DNA of 64,000 nt, from positions 18,838-82,837 of the forward strand of contig JAKOQC010000510.1 of the NCBI GenBank assembly GCA_029778565.1. Direction: 5' to 3'. Below are positions 38,953-49,105 of this stretch, piece by piece; position 1 is the stretch's first letter, and every line of letters starts with the position of its first letter. A program made the translations under genes and the position numbers. Under the pieces are notes generated by a model, which was not told the origin of the DNA, searched no databases, and saw nothing but the letters and a program-made list of their open reading frames with translations. The DNA comes from a bacterium (GTDB lineage: Bacteria > Patescibacteriota > Saccharimonadia > CAILAD01 > BJGX01).

Positions 38953-40138
38953 CCAAGCTACCGACATCAAGCCGGTTTCTGCAATGCAGGGTCAAAATAA
39001 AGACCAAGTGTTTAAAGATGCCAAAAATGTCCGTCCTGCAGCTCGCGGTGTAGAACAATCTAAGGTAAAAAAACTCTCTCCCCACGCTGTCAGTAGAGAT
39101 AGTAAAGAATATCTAGTAGACAACCTCAGTATGCTTATTGCCTCAGGGGTTTCGGTTGGTGAAGCGCTCGACACTATCGGGAAAGAAATGCCCAACAAAA
39201 AAGTCCGTGAAGTTATTGCCGAAATGCGCAATAAAGTGGATGAGGGTAGCGCATTCTGGCTAGCTTTGCGCGATAGTGGGATCTTAAATACCTCTTCTGT
39301 AGCAATTATTCATGCCGGTGAAGAATCTGGAAGACTATCAGAAAACTTACATGTTGTTGCCGAGCAAATTCATAAAAGCAATATGATGACTGCCAAGGTC
39401 CGCTCGGCACTTCTTTATCCGGCCTTTCTAATTGTTTTATTAATTGTAGTAGGTAGTGGTATTGGACTTTTCTTATTGCCAAAGCTAGCCGATATATTTA
39501 AGGGATTAAATATGAAGTTACCGTGGTATACTACTGCACTTATTTCTTTTGGTACTTTTTGGGGTAAATGGGGTTTACTTCTGACAGTTCTATTCTTTGT
39601 AGTATTAACTATTGTTGTTTTACTCTCAATTTATACCAAGACAGGCAAAAAACTCTCTGAGATACTCTTGTTTCAATTACCCGGGGTTAATCAACTTCTG
39701 TACCAATCAGAGATTTCACGATTTGGATTTATTCTGGGTTCGCTATTAGAGGCGGGTTTGCCGGTAGTTGAGGCTCTCGACTCTCTCTCTGACTCTATGG
39801 CAACTGCAAGGTATCGCAATATTATCGCTAAAATGAAAGTCAGTATCGAAGAAGGCAATACATTTGCTACTACATTCGAGCGCATTAGCGATAAAAAGGC
39901 TTTTCCAGGCCCAATAAGGCAACTTATTGTGAGTGCCGAAAAATCAGGTAACCTACCCGAAGTTCTTTTAAAACTGAGTAAGTTATATGAAGATAAGGCA
40001 GAAATTACCGCCAAAAACTTAGAGACAATGATAGAACCAATTATTTTAGTACTAATTGCGATTGGTGTTTTATTTGTAGCACTAGCTGTAATTGTACCTA
40101 TTTATAGTTTAATTGGTGGTCTGGAGCCAAAGAACTAA
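38933..40138 (+). CDS. pilC: Type IV pilus platform protein (PilC/GspF)
   Basis: GEESGRL, ALLYP, EKSGNL, IEP; three TM helices. Confidence 0.93.
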   Translation: MSPNQNNQATDIKPVSAMQGQNKDQVFKDAKNVRPAARGVEQSKVKKLSPHAVSRDSKEYLVDNLSMLIASGVSVGEALDTIGKEMPNKKVREVIAEMRNKVDEGSAFWLALRDSGILNTSSVAIIHAGEESGRLSENLHVVAEQIHKSNMMTAKVRSALLYPAFLIVLLIVVGSGIGLFLLPKLADIFKGLNMKLPWYTTALISFGTFWGKWGLLLTVLFFVVLTIVVLLSIYTKTGKKLSEILLFQLPGVNQLLYQSEISRFGFILGSLLEAGLPVVEALDSLSDSMATARYRNIIAKMKVSIEEGNTFATTFERISDKKAFPGPIRQLIVSAEKSGNLPEVLLKLSKLYEDKAEITAKNLETMIEPIILVLIAIGVLFVALAVIVPIYSLIGGLEPKN

Positions 40139-40581
40139 TGGTTAAACCACGCTTTGGTCTAACTGTTATTGAGCTTATTCTCAGCCTTGGTATTATACTT
40201 ATCTTATTTGCCGTCAGTGTTCCATTGCTTCGCTCTTTTCTTCTGCGAAATGATCTAGATGTTGTACAAAACACTATCGTGCAAGATACATATCGAGCTA
40301 TTAATCTCGCCACATCAGGAGAACGCGATAGTAATTGGGGTGTTAAAATAACGACTGGACAGATTACTGTATTTAGCGGTAACAGTTATGCTACTCGCAA
40401 TGTTAATTACGATGAAAATTATAGCTTAGCATCTGGAGTAACTATTTCTGGGCAAAGTGAGTATGTGTTTTCTAAGTTTAGTGGCATACCAATTAGTACG
40501 GGTACCACTACACTAACAAACCAAGCAAATGAAACTCGCTCTTTTACCGTTAGTAGTAAAGGTGAAATAGAAGAACAATGA
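40138..40581 (+). CDS. Minor pilin (FimT/GspH-like)
   Basis: Class III signal G|LTVIE. Confidence 0.85.
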   Translation: MVKPRFGLTVIELILSLGIILILFAVSVPLLRSFLLRNDLDVVQNTIVQDTYRAINLATSGERDSNWGVKITTGQITVFSGNSYATRNVNYDENYSLASGVTISGQSEYVFSKFSGIPISTGTTTLTNQANETRSFTVSSKGEIEEQ

Positions 40582-42338
40582 AGCACAAACAACAATTCAA
40601 ATCAGGTTTTTCTTTAGTAGAACTAATTTTGGCAGTTGGTGTATTTGCACTAATTGGTTCAGTAATAATCGGTGCATTTATTTATGGTAGGCAAGCTACC
40701 GTACAAGCAGGAGATAGAATTAGAGCTGCTGAGCTTAGTAATGAAACTCTAGAGGCGGTACGTAACATTACTAACCCAAACTACTCTAACCTCTCAGCAT
40801 ACACTAATGGTACAACCTATTATCTAGCTATTACTGCAAATCAGTGGCAACTAACAACCATACCTACCACTATAGATAATTTTACGCGTACCGTAGTTTT
40901 TGCTGATGGTCCGAATGGTTCTCGCCAAGTAACTGCAAATATTTCTTGGCAAATTACCCCATTACGTACGGGGAATGTTTCGGCAGTTACTTATTTTGCT
41001 AATTGGCGACAACCAACAGCAACGAGCAGTAAAAGTGGGCTTTTTGTATATGCAGATGGAGGTACAACCACAGATAGTGCAAAATATCGACAGTTACAAA
41101 CAGATGGAACATGGACAACTGCTGCAAGTATGCCAGATGTAGATACTACTACAACCAACCGTGTAGTAAGGTCAATGAAAGGTTATTCTGCTCAGAGCGG
41201 TTCTGCCAAAATGGTATTATCGCGTCATTTTGATGGTACAAAACAGTACATGTATGCTACTTACTGGAACGGTACAAGCTTTACTACGCCACAATTACTT
41301 GCACAATGGACATCAAACACATTTGTAGATGTTGGTAATTACAGTGGTGACTGGCTAGCTAACGGGTCGTTTGTTGCAGTATATTCGGACGGCAGTAATA
41401 CACCAAAATCGCGCATCTTCAATGGAGTAAGCTGGGCAGCTCAAGTAAGTATTGGTCCTATCGGTAATAGCTCTAATTTTCCATCCACTATCGTGGCGAA
41501 AGCAAGAAAGAACAGTAATGAACTTATGATGGCTACACTTATGCAAGATTACAGTGTAGAAACTAGCTATTATGCTAATGGTAGTTGGTCAACCTACACA
41601 CTTCAAACCAATAACTCAGTAGGTAATGGATCTAGGCTTGTTAGTTTTGGTTGGAATGTCCAAAATCAACTGACTGGAGAATTGGTTTATACTAATTCTC
41701 CTAATGATCGCTCATTAAGAGCTCGGACATTCACCGCAGATGGTGCGGGTTCTGGTAGTTGGGCTCCGGTTGCTAACAGTGATAATCTACCAAACGGTGT
41801 TACTATTGCATCTCTTTATAGTATGCCGAGAACTGCTGGTGGAGATGAGTCTATGGCTTGTGACAAGGGTGATAACACCCCGGCTGTTATTTATTGTTAC
41901 AAACTCATCCCTGGATCTAACGGATTCTCTTCTCCTGCCAACCAAGTCATTACCAATAATACTGTTCCAGGCGGGCAGATCACATTTGATCTTGCTTATA
42001 AATACCTAGCTTCAAATATCGGCTTGATAGCTTATTCAGATAATAGTAAGAGCGGTAAGATAAAACGCTTTAATACTACTACAAATACTTGGGACACCAG
42101 TCCAATTGCTTTGCCGAATGCTACAGGAATTATTCAAAAAACACGCATTGTTTCACGCCCTAACTCAGACGAAGCTATGGTGCTTGTGGCCGATGCTAAC
42201 CTTAATCTCTATTCTGTCGTACTAGATGGTACAAACGATACTCTCTATACTACCCCGGCAGGCAAAGCCTGGACAATACATAATACACACGGACCAACTA
42301 ATAATGCCGTATGGTTTGATTATATGTGGGATAATTAG
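40578..42338 (+). CDS. Large pilin-domain protein, probable tip adhesin
   Basis: G|FSLVE N-terminus plus long beta-rich C-terminal region. Confidence 0.8.
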   Translation: MKHKQQFKSGFSLVELILAVGVFALIGSVIIGAFIYGRQATVQAGDRIRAAELSNETLEAVRNITNPNYSNLSAYTNGTTYYLAITANQWQLTTIPTTIDNFTRTVVFADGPNGSRQVTANISWQITPLRTGNVSAVTYFANWRQPTATSSKSGLFVYADGGTTTDSAKYRQLQTDGTWTTAASMPDVDTTTTNRVVRSMKGYSAQSGSAKMVLSRHFDGTKQYMYATYWNGTSFTTPQLLAQWTSNTFVDVGNYSGDWLANGSFVAVYSDGSNTPKSRIFNGVSWAAQVSIGPIGNSSNFPSTIVAKARKNSNELMMATLMQDYSVETSYYANGSWSTYTLQTNNSVGNGSRLVSFGWNVQNQLTGELVYTNSPNDRSLRARTFTADGAGSGSWAPVANSDNLPNGVTIASLYSMPRTAGGDESMACDKGDNTPAVIYCYKLIPGSNGFSSPANQVITNNTVPGGQITFDLAYKYLASNIGLIAYSDNSKSGKIKRFNTTTNTWDTSPIALPNATGIIQKTRIVSRPNSDEAMVLVADANLNLYSVVLDGTNDTLYTTPAGKAWTIHNTHGPTNNAVWFDYMWDN

Positions 42339-42340
42339 CA

Positions 42341-42865
42341 ATGAAGCAAAAAACACTTAATACCGGGTTTACCTTAATAGAGTTACTACTCTATGTAGCA
42401 ATATTCTCCATACTGATTTCTACTGTTATGTTTATTGCTTTTTCTTCTGTAGCACAACGCGCTCACAATCAATCAGTCACTGAAGTAGACTACCAGGGAG
42501 AAATTGTCATGAACCAAATTACACAACAAATTAGAAACGCCACAACAGTCAATGCTCCTACCCCCGGAAATGCACTAACAAGCCTATCTATTAATACTTC
42601 AACTGCTAGTAACAACCCAACTATTTATGATCTATACAACGATGGTGCCCGCAATCGCTTAAGAATACGTGAGGGTAGCAGCGGGACAAGTAATTACTTA
42701 ACTAATAATAAAGTTACCATTACCAATTTAACCTTTAACAATGTTGCCGTTACCGGTGGTAGAGATTCAATTAGAGTGCAATTTACGATTAGTAGCTACA
42801 ATCCATCAAACCTTAGCGAGATACAGTATTCTAAAACATTTTATGGAACAGGGACATTAAGATGA
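42341..42865 (+). CDS. Minor pilin (PilW-like)
   Basis: G|FTLIELLLY. Confidence 0.85.
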   Translation: MKQKTLNTGFTLIELLLYVAIFSILISTVMFIAFSSVAQRAHNQSVTEVDYQGEIVMNQITQQIRNATTVNAPTPGNALTSLSINTSTASNNPTIYDLYNDGARNRLRIREGSSGTSNYLTNNKVTITNLTFNNVAVTGGRDSIRVQFTISSYNPSNLSEIQYSKTFYGTGTLR

Positions 42866-43269
42866 AACAAAATGGCTTTGTTGCCCTTATTACGGTAATA
42901 GTGGTTGGTGCAGTAGCGGCTGCAATTGCTCTAGTAATTCTTTTTGCCGGCGTAACCTCTTCTAAAACTAGTTTTACCATAACCGAATCAGCACAAGCGA
43001 AAGCAGCTGCCAATGCTTGTGCCGAATTAGCACTAGCAGTCATTCAAGCTAATACAACAGTCGCAACCCCTGCAAACTACAATTATGTAGTCGATAATGC
43101 GACTAAATCACAATGTGATTACTCGATTACTGGCACAAGCCCAAACTATTCAATTACAAGTACAGGCACTGTTGACCCTACAGGAAAAAATATGAAGAAA
43201 CGAGTATCTATAACGCTTAATAGAGTTGGTCCTACATTGAATATTTCTTCCTGGCAAGAAACTCCATAA
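42862..43269 (+). CDS. Minor pilin (PilX-like)
   Basis: G|FVALIT lacking Glu5; ends SWQE. Confidence 0.8.
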   Translation: MKQNGFVALITVIVVGAVAAAIALVILFAGVTSSKTSFTITESAQAKAAANACAELALAVIQANTTVATPANYNYVVDNATKSQCDYSITGTSPNYSITSTGTVDPTGKNMKKRVSITLNRVGPTLNISSWQETP

Positions 43270-43340
43270 AAAACTCTTGCCAACTAAGCATAAGTTTTTT
43301 ACAATGTATTCAAGTATAAAAATAATAACGAAAGGAAAGA

Positions 43341-43790
43341 ATGAAACTAACCCCCAAAAAGAGATCAGGTTTTACACTTATCGAAGTTTTGCTCGTTGTG
43401 GCAATTATTGCGATTCTAGCTGGTATCGTCATCTTGGCTGTTAATCCAAGTAAACAGCTAGCTGATACTCGTAACTCGCAACGAAGAAGCGATGTAAACA
43501 CTATTATTAATGCTATTTATCAATACTCTATTGATAACAATGGTAATCTGCCATCAAGCATAACTGTTGCTTCTGGTGACATCTGTTCAACAGGTGCAGC
43601 CAGCTGTACTGGTCTGGTAGACCTTAGCGTACTTACCGCTAATGGTAAATACCTAGTAGCAATTCCAAAAGACCCAAGTACTGGTGGTGCAACAGATACT
43701 AAGTATACTGTTGTAAAAGATGCTAATGGCCGCGTTACCGTAGCTGCGCCAGATGCAGAACAGGGTGCTACCATCTCAGTTACTCGTTAG
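43341..43790 (+). CDS. Major type IV pilin, copy 1
   Basis: G|FTLIEVLLVVAII, YLVAIPKDP, Cys pair. Confidence 0.92.
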   Translation: MKLTPKKRSGFTLIEVLLVVAIIAILAGIVILAVNPSKQLADTRNSQRRSDVNTIINAIYQYSIDNNGNLPSSITVASGDICSTGAASCTGLVDLSVLTANGKYLVAIPKDPSTGGATDTKYTVVKDANGRVTVAAPDAEQGATISVTR

Positions 43791-43809
43791 TTAATTTTAT
43801 TAACTCTTC

Positions 43810-43845
43810 AAAAGAGACCCATACCCCGGGTCTCTTTTGTTTTTA
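43810..43845 (+). terminator. Intrinsic terminator
   Basis: AAAAGAGACCC..GGGTCTCTTTT. Confidence 0.8.
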
Positions 43846-43906
43846 ACCATAAGTAGTTTATACTTAATACAAGTCCCCAAAGAAGACCAATAAACGAAAG
43901 GAAAGA

Positions 43907-44356
43907 ATGAAACTAACCCCCAAAAAGAGATCAGGTTTTACACTTATCGAAGTTTTGCTCGTTGTGGCAATTATTGCGATTCTAGCTGGTATCGTCATCT
44001 TGGCTGTTAATCCAAGTAAACAGCTAGCTGATACTCGTAACTCGCAACGCAAAGCAGATGTAAATACAATTATTAACGCGGCATATCAATATGCAATTGA
44101 TAATAACGGGAATCTTCCTACTTCAATTACTTCAACAGCAACAGACATCTGTTCAACAGGTGCAGCCAGCTGTACTGGTCTTATAGATCTCTCAGTATTA
44201 ACAACCAACGGTAAGTACTTAGTAGCTATTCCAAAAGACCCCAGTAACGGTACCTCTACTGATACTAAATACACAATAGTAAAAGATACTAACGGTCGGC
44301 TTATTGTTGCCGCACCATCAGCAGAAAATGGAGCCACTATCTCAGTTACTCGATAG
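43907..44356 (+). CDS. Major type IV pilin, copy 2
   Basis: Paralogue of 43341-43790, same length. Confidence 0.92.
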   Translation: MKLTPKKRSGFTLIEVLLVVAIIAILAGIVILAVNPSKQLADTRNSQRKADVNTIINAAYQYAIDNNGNLPTSITSTATDICSTGAASCTGLIDLSVLTTNGKYLVAIPKDPSNGTSTDTKYTIVKDTNGRLIVAAPSAENGATISVTR

Positions 44357-44377
44357 ATAGTAAAGCTAGTATCACAA

Positions 44378-44408
44378 TAAAAGACCCTATGGGGTCTTTT
44401 TTGTTTTT
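44378..44408 (+). terminator. Intrinsic terminator
   Basis: AAAAGACCC-TATG-GGGTCTTTT followed by T tract. Confidence 0.8.
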
Positions 44409-44434
44409 AAGCATAAGTAGCATATAATATTATC

Positions 44435-45172
44435 ATGGCCGAAAGATATTCTATCTCAAATCGTAAGTCAGAAGATAATCATAAAAGTCATGTAGCCCCA
44501 GGTAAACAGGCAAAAGAAAAAGTATATGCCACCTCTACCCTTTCTACAACTAATCTTGTTATTATTTCTGCACTCATTGTTTTCGTTACGAATATTATTG
44601 CTGTATCAATTACCGTATTAATATATCGTTCACAAATAAAACATCTTAACCAAGAAATTCAGGATTTAAAATATCAATTAGATCAATATAAAAAAGCCTA
44701 CGGTGAACTTGGTAAGAATAGTTCTCGCAATAAAACAACAGCACCTGAAACAGGTATTACTATACCTAAAAATACTCAACAATCGGTTCAGAGTGCGTTA
44801 AATGCCTATTTAGCAAGTGGTGGCACCGATCAGGCTGCTCTACAAGCTGCGCTGGCTGGTAGTCTTAACCAGAGTGTTATTTTTGCAGTTGCTGGTAGTA
44901 GTGCTACACAACAAACACTTGCTCAAGCCATAGCTTCTCTTAATTATTTAAAAGGTGCTAATGGCGCATGGAACTGGAATCTTTCACCAGAACAGTTAAA
45001 TCAGTACCGAACTGGGCCGTATGCTCAATATTTTGGTGATAATGCGATTATCGGCCAAACAACAAATGGCTATGTGGCAAGTTTTACTGTTGATAGTAAT
45101 GGTAAAGTTACACAAATATTTGTTAGTTCGACTACCTCAGATCCAGCTGCTGCTACCGGTGGCACCGAGTAA
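44435..45172 (+). CDS. Membrane-anchored coiled-coil hypothetical protein
   Basis: TM, coiled coil, exported domain. Confidence 0.75.
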   Translation: MAERYSISNRKSEDNHKSHVAPGKQAKEKVYATSTLSTTNLVIISALIVFVTNIIAVSITVLIYRSQIKHLNQEIQDLKYQLDQYKKAYGELGKNSSRNKTTAPETGITIPKNTQQSVQSALNAYLASGGTDQAALQAALAGSLNQSVIFAVAGSSATQQTLAQAIASLNYLKGANGAWNWNLSPEQLNQYRTGPYAQYFGDNAIIGQTTNGYVASFTVDSNGKVTQIFVSSTTSDPAAATGGTE

Positions 45173-45218
45173 TTTCTAGCTGATTCATACGAATCAGCTT
45201 TTCTCAATATTGCTACAC

Positions 45219-46175
45219 CTACATATTATCAAATGGTGGTATTAGCTGATTCTGTAGATTACTAAATATTTTTCTATCATAAGCCTCATTAATTATCGCA
45301 GATGCTATTTTTCGTATCACTGTATCGCCCTCATCTAAATGATAATTTGCAGGACAACCCAAAGTTGCACCAAACAAACCAACTTTTGGTTTGGGGTTTT
45401 TATTAAGTATTATCAACTTATATTTACCATTTTCAGCTATTAATTTGGTCTGGGCATATTCTATCATTTCTGTATCAAATTCTTCCACGCCTTCTTTAGT
45501 ATCTTCTATTGCATGTATCCGTTTTTGGCTATGTGCCAAATTTAATGCAGCAATCTCTTCTAACACATTTATATTATCTAATAGGATATTCCTAACCTCG
45601 TTTGCATTAAGCCAGGGGTATTCATTTCTAACATGATTAAGTACAAGTTTTATTAAGCCGCACGTGCCTATAATAACATCGTACGTAATGCCGCCTAATC
45701 GACTTTCTATGGTGTCGCCTTTTCCATAAAAATCATCATCAGAACTTTCTGCAATAGTTGCAGCAATTGTATTAAAACGAGCAACAATGGCTGCATTTTC
45801 CGGTAAACGTAAAACTTCTGTACCGGCATACTGAAAGTCTTTGTCATCAAATAGATCGTTTTCTAACTGAGAAATTTGTGCATTCCTCCTAATAAACCGA
45901 AAAGATTCAGGGTCGGTCTGTATTGGTTGATAAAAACGAGTTTCTCTGCCTGTACCTTTTAGGGTAATCTTTGTGATTTCTCTAGCTAAATGCGCCAAAA
46001 TAGCAAATCGCTCCGCCTTACTCTTGGCTAACTCTTCATTTGGATAATCTTCACCTTCTTTATAACTAGAAGCGGCGCGTAATAATTCACTATCGGGTAA
46101 ATCAATTTCTCCACTTTGAAGTTTCTGGGCAGTCTGCTCTGATAGTTTCTTTGGATGAGGTAAGCGTTCGCTCAT
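45219..46175 (-). CDS. Hypothetical protein
   Basis: 318-aa ORF coupled to the upstream stop (TAATG); GCPA motif. Confidence 0.7.
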   Translation of the reverse strand: MSERLPHPKKLSEQTAQKLQSGEIDLPDSELLRAASSYKEGEDYPNEELAKSKAERFAILAHLAREITKITLKGTGRETRFYQPIQTDPESFRFIRRNAQISQLENDLFDDKDFQYAGTEVLRLPENAAIVARFNTIAATIAESSDDDFYGKGDTIESRLGGITYDVIIGTCGLIKLVLNHVRNEYPWLNANEVRNILLDNINVLEEIAALNLAHSQKRIHAIEDTKEGVEEFDTEMIEYAQTKLIAENGKYKLIILNKNPKPKVGLFGATLGCPANYHLDEGDTVIRKIASAIINEAYDRKIFSNLQNQLIPPFDNM

Positions 46176-47464
46176 TACATCTTCATTTCATCAAATGCCC
46201 AACTAAGTACCTCTAGCATATCGGCGTAATTTATATTAGTACCCGGGCTATATAGATAAAGTACATTATCAACAACTTCAATATTTACTTCAAAGTCGAG
46301 TGCATAAATGCGCTCCATAAAGTTTGTAGCCAGTAACTCGAAGCTGGTAGCTTGGTCTTGGTTGGCCACCCAAACAGCAAACTTATTATTAAACTCTACA
46401 CTTTCAGTCTCTATCTTATTCAGCCCCTTCATTTTTGGCTTAAAGTTATACCAGCTCTTCTCAGTCACAAGAATGTCGTCATAGCTTTTAGGTAAAATTG
46501 CCTGCGCAACAGTAATGGGCTGCAAACCTGCACCAGCCTTCGGCTCGTAGGTATAAAACTCGACAATCTTAGCTTTCTGACCCTTGCCATAATACCCAAT
46601 AACATGGTTATTAATATCAGCATTCCCAAAGCCCTGGGGGCCAAAAATTGCTCCTCTTGTTGGCATCATCAGCCAACCAAAGTCAGGATCGTAATAAAAT
46701 CCATTACTTGAGGCAAAACTTGCAATATTCGCATCCACTTTACTAGCTTCGGCAGTAGTTTCATCAATTTTATCTAAAACATAGTTTTTGCCAGACTTAA
46801 CAAATGTCCATATTTCACTAAACGGATTAGTATCGGTAAAGATAACTGAATTATTATTTGCCGTATCTATTAGTTTATCTTCTGCGCGTGCTTGAAAGAA
46901 TATTCTAAAGCCATTACTATAATCCTCACTTTTACCCAAATAAGTACCGAGAATCGCTACATTATCCATAAGATTTTGGCGTTTGTAGTTTTGTAAGACG
47001 TTAAGCTCGAGTACCATTTTTTTGTAATATTCTTGGCTGGTTACACTTTGCATTAACTTAAGATCGAAGTTTGCCCAAGCTTTCTGAAAATCGATAAATA
47101 CTTTATTGGCAGCCTTCACTAGCTTCTTTTCTTCTTCGCTGGCGTCTTTCTTTGTATTAGGGTCAATAAATCCTGCGGGTACAGCCGACATACTACCCTT
47201 TTTGCTGCTAGATTTGCTCATCCAAATAATAAGAATGATTATTATTATCGGTACACCAAAGCTTAAAAACAGTATCCAGACCAAACCCCAGCCTGTCGCG
47301 CTCGATCCAGAACCCGATGAGCTGCCATAGTATGATGAGCTAGACGAATGGCTCGACCCACCAGAAAAACTACCGCCAGACGAGTGTCCGCCCGAGCTAC
47401 TTCCACCTCCGCCACCACGGGCTAATAAGAAATGGTTACCGACCTGATCTAATGAATATGACAT
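46175..47464 (-). CDS. Tim44-like domain membrane protein
   Basis: ARGGGGG Gly/Ser-rich N-terminus, TM, FIDFQKAW..FSEIWTF. Confidence 0.75.
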   Translation of the reverse strand: MSYSLDQVGNHFLLARGGGGGSSSGGHSSGGSFSGGSSHSSSSSYYGSSSGSGSSATGWGLVWILFLSFGVPIIIIILIIWMSKSSSKKGSMSAVPAGFIDPNTKKDASEEEKKLVKAANKVFIDFQKAWANFDLKLMQSVTSQEYYKKMVLELNVLQNYKRQNLMDNVAILGTYLGKSEDYSNGFRIFFQARAEDKLIDTANNNSVIFTDTNPFSEIWTFVKSGKNYVLDKIDETTAEASKVDANIASFASSNGFYYDPDFGWLMMPTRGAIFGPQGFGNADINNHVIGYYGKGQKAKIVEFYTYEPKAGAGLQPITVAQAILPKSYDDILVTEKSWYNFKPKMKGLNKIETESVEFNNKFAVWVANQDQATSFELLATNFMERIYALDFEVNIEVVDNVLYLYSPGTNINYADMLEVLSWAFDEMKM

Positions 47465-47491
47465 AGTGCTATTGTAGCAGTTTTACTTGGT

Positions 47492-47914
47492 CTAGCGTGA
47501 GACTTTATTGAGATATGATTGGTAATACAGTATTGGCAAACTAAACAACAGGACACTAATACCGTACGACACGAGTGCTGAGGTTGTGATTTGAGTTGTG
47601 GTGAGTGTAAGGGCAGTGTTGGTAAGACCAAAGACAAAGCCTACTACCACACTAATAATTACTGGCGCAAAGAAAGCCAACCATGTATTTAATGCACCTT
47701 TTGTTACCACAGACATAGCCTTACAAAAACGGTAAAACCACCAGATATTAATAATTGGAATAAAGAACCAGAGAAAGAAAGGTACTTTATTCTCGCTAGA
47801 ATTTACTACATTCATTTCTGTTTTCGTAATAAAGAACCAGTAGATTTGATACAACGTTAAGGTAATACAATTTAGTAAAAATACTCCTATTAATGATCGA
47901 TGTTTAATTCGCAT
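47492..47914 (-). CDS. DUF4234-like membrane protein
   Basis: ITLTLYQIYWF..YYQSYLNK. Confidence 0.75.
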   Translation of the reverse strand: MRIKHRSLIGVFLLNCITLTLYQIYWFFITKTEMNVVNSSENKVPFFLWFFIPIINIWWFYRFCKAMSVVTKGALNTWLAFFAPVIISVVVGFVFGLTNTALTLTTTQITTSALVSYGISVLLFSLPILYYQSYLNKVSR

Positions 47915-47931
47915 GGTTTTCTCCTTTTAAT

Positions 47932-48411
47932 TTAATAACAAACTCCTAAGTCTCGCTTGTGCAAATACTACTGATGATATTCCTCTGCATGCCAAAATGT
48001 TTTCGCCGGCACTAATTGGGTAGCAATTGGTTCTTTGAACTTGCCGATTTTATTGAGCTCTTCTATCTTAGCTTCGGCTTGTCGTTTTTGGTCGTCACTA
48101 TGATAAAAAATGACACTCCGGTAATTATCGCCTACATCTGGCCCTTGGCGGTTTACTTGTGTAGGGTCGTGGTGCTCAAAAAATAGACTAAGTAATTTTT
48201 CGTAGGTTATTTTTTGCGGATTGTATTCTATCTGTACGGTCTCTGCGTGGCCAGTGGTATGACTACAAACTTGCTCATACGTAGGATTATCTACATGGCC
48301 ACCCTCATACCCTACGGTTGTATTTATTACTCCTGGCTGTGTGCGGAATACTTCTTCGACACCCCAAAAACAGCCCCCACCAAAATCAGCTTTCTGAGTT
48401 TCTTGTTTCAT
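47932..48411 (-). CDS. msrA: Peptide-methionine (S)-S-oxide reductase; in-frame TAG at 47968-47970 before the conserved C-terminus
   Basis: [32 protein letters not shown]. Confidence 0.92.
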
Positions 48412-48450
48412 CTAATCCATTATACAATAAAAGCATAAGGGAGATATTTT

Positions 48451-49104
48451 ATGGCGCTCAAAGCATTAATTTTAAATTGTACCCTCAAACCCAGTCCCTC
48501 AGTTAGTAATACCGGTGCACTTATTAAGCACGCGGTAGCTGAATATAAAAAGTTGGAAGTAGAAACAGAAGAAATTCGTGTACGTGATTACGATATTAAA
48601 TTTGGTGTAAGCAACGATGAGGGCAATGGCGACGAGTGGCCCAAAATTTACGAAAAAATTAAGGCGTGCAATATTTTGGTAATAGCCACACCCATATGGT
48701 TTGGGGTACGCGGTAGTGTGTGTCAAATGGTGCTAGAACGTCTTGATGGTAGTTACAGCGATGGCGATGCCATGACCGGGCAGTATCCGCTTTACAACAA
48801 GGTTGGTGCCTGTATAGTTACTGGTAATGAAGATGGCGCGCACAATATTTGTGCTAATACGCTGTTTAATCTTACACACTTAGGCTGCACTATCGCGCCA
48901 AATTCTGACAGTTACTGGGTAGGTGACGCTGGTCCTGGCCCTAGCTACATTGAGGCCGGTGGCGATAAGCATTTATATACCAACCGCACCATTCGATATC
49001 TTGCCCACAACACTACTTACATGGCGCAGTTATTACTAGACAATCCTATCCCTACCAATCTTAAGGAACTCGATAAAGAAGCTAAAAAGGTCAGTCGAGA
49101 CTAG
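48451..49104 (+). CDS. Flavodoxin-family NAD(P)H-dependent oxidoreductase
   Basis: NCTLKPSP..SNT, ATPIWFG, GNEDGAH, GPGPSY. Confidence 0.88.
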   Translation: MALKALILNCTLKPSPSVSNTGALIKHAVAEYKKLEVETEEIRVRDYDIKFGVSNDEGNGDEWPKIYEKIKACNILVIATPIWFGVRGSVCQMVLERLDGSYSDGDAMTGQYPLYNKVGACIVTGNEDGAHNICANTLFNLTHLGCTIAPNSDSYWVGDAGPGPSYIEAGGDKHLYTNRTIRYLAHNTTYMAQLLLDNPIPTNLKELDKEAKKVSRD

Positions 49105-49105
49105 T

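Larger units (their letters stand above)
43327..44049 (+). repeat. 157-bp identical direct repeat (43327-43483 = 43893-44049)
   Basis: SD plus the 5' part of both pilin genes identical at an offset of 566 nt. Confidence 0.9.

Noticed and set aside
43341-44356. Diversity-generating retroelement TR/VR pair
   Set aside because: Both copies are full genes, differences are not confined to adenines, and there is no reverse transcriptase in the window.
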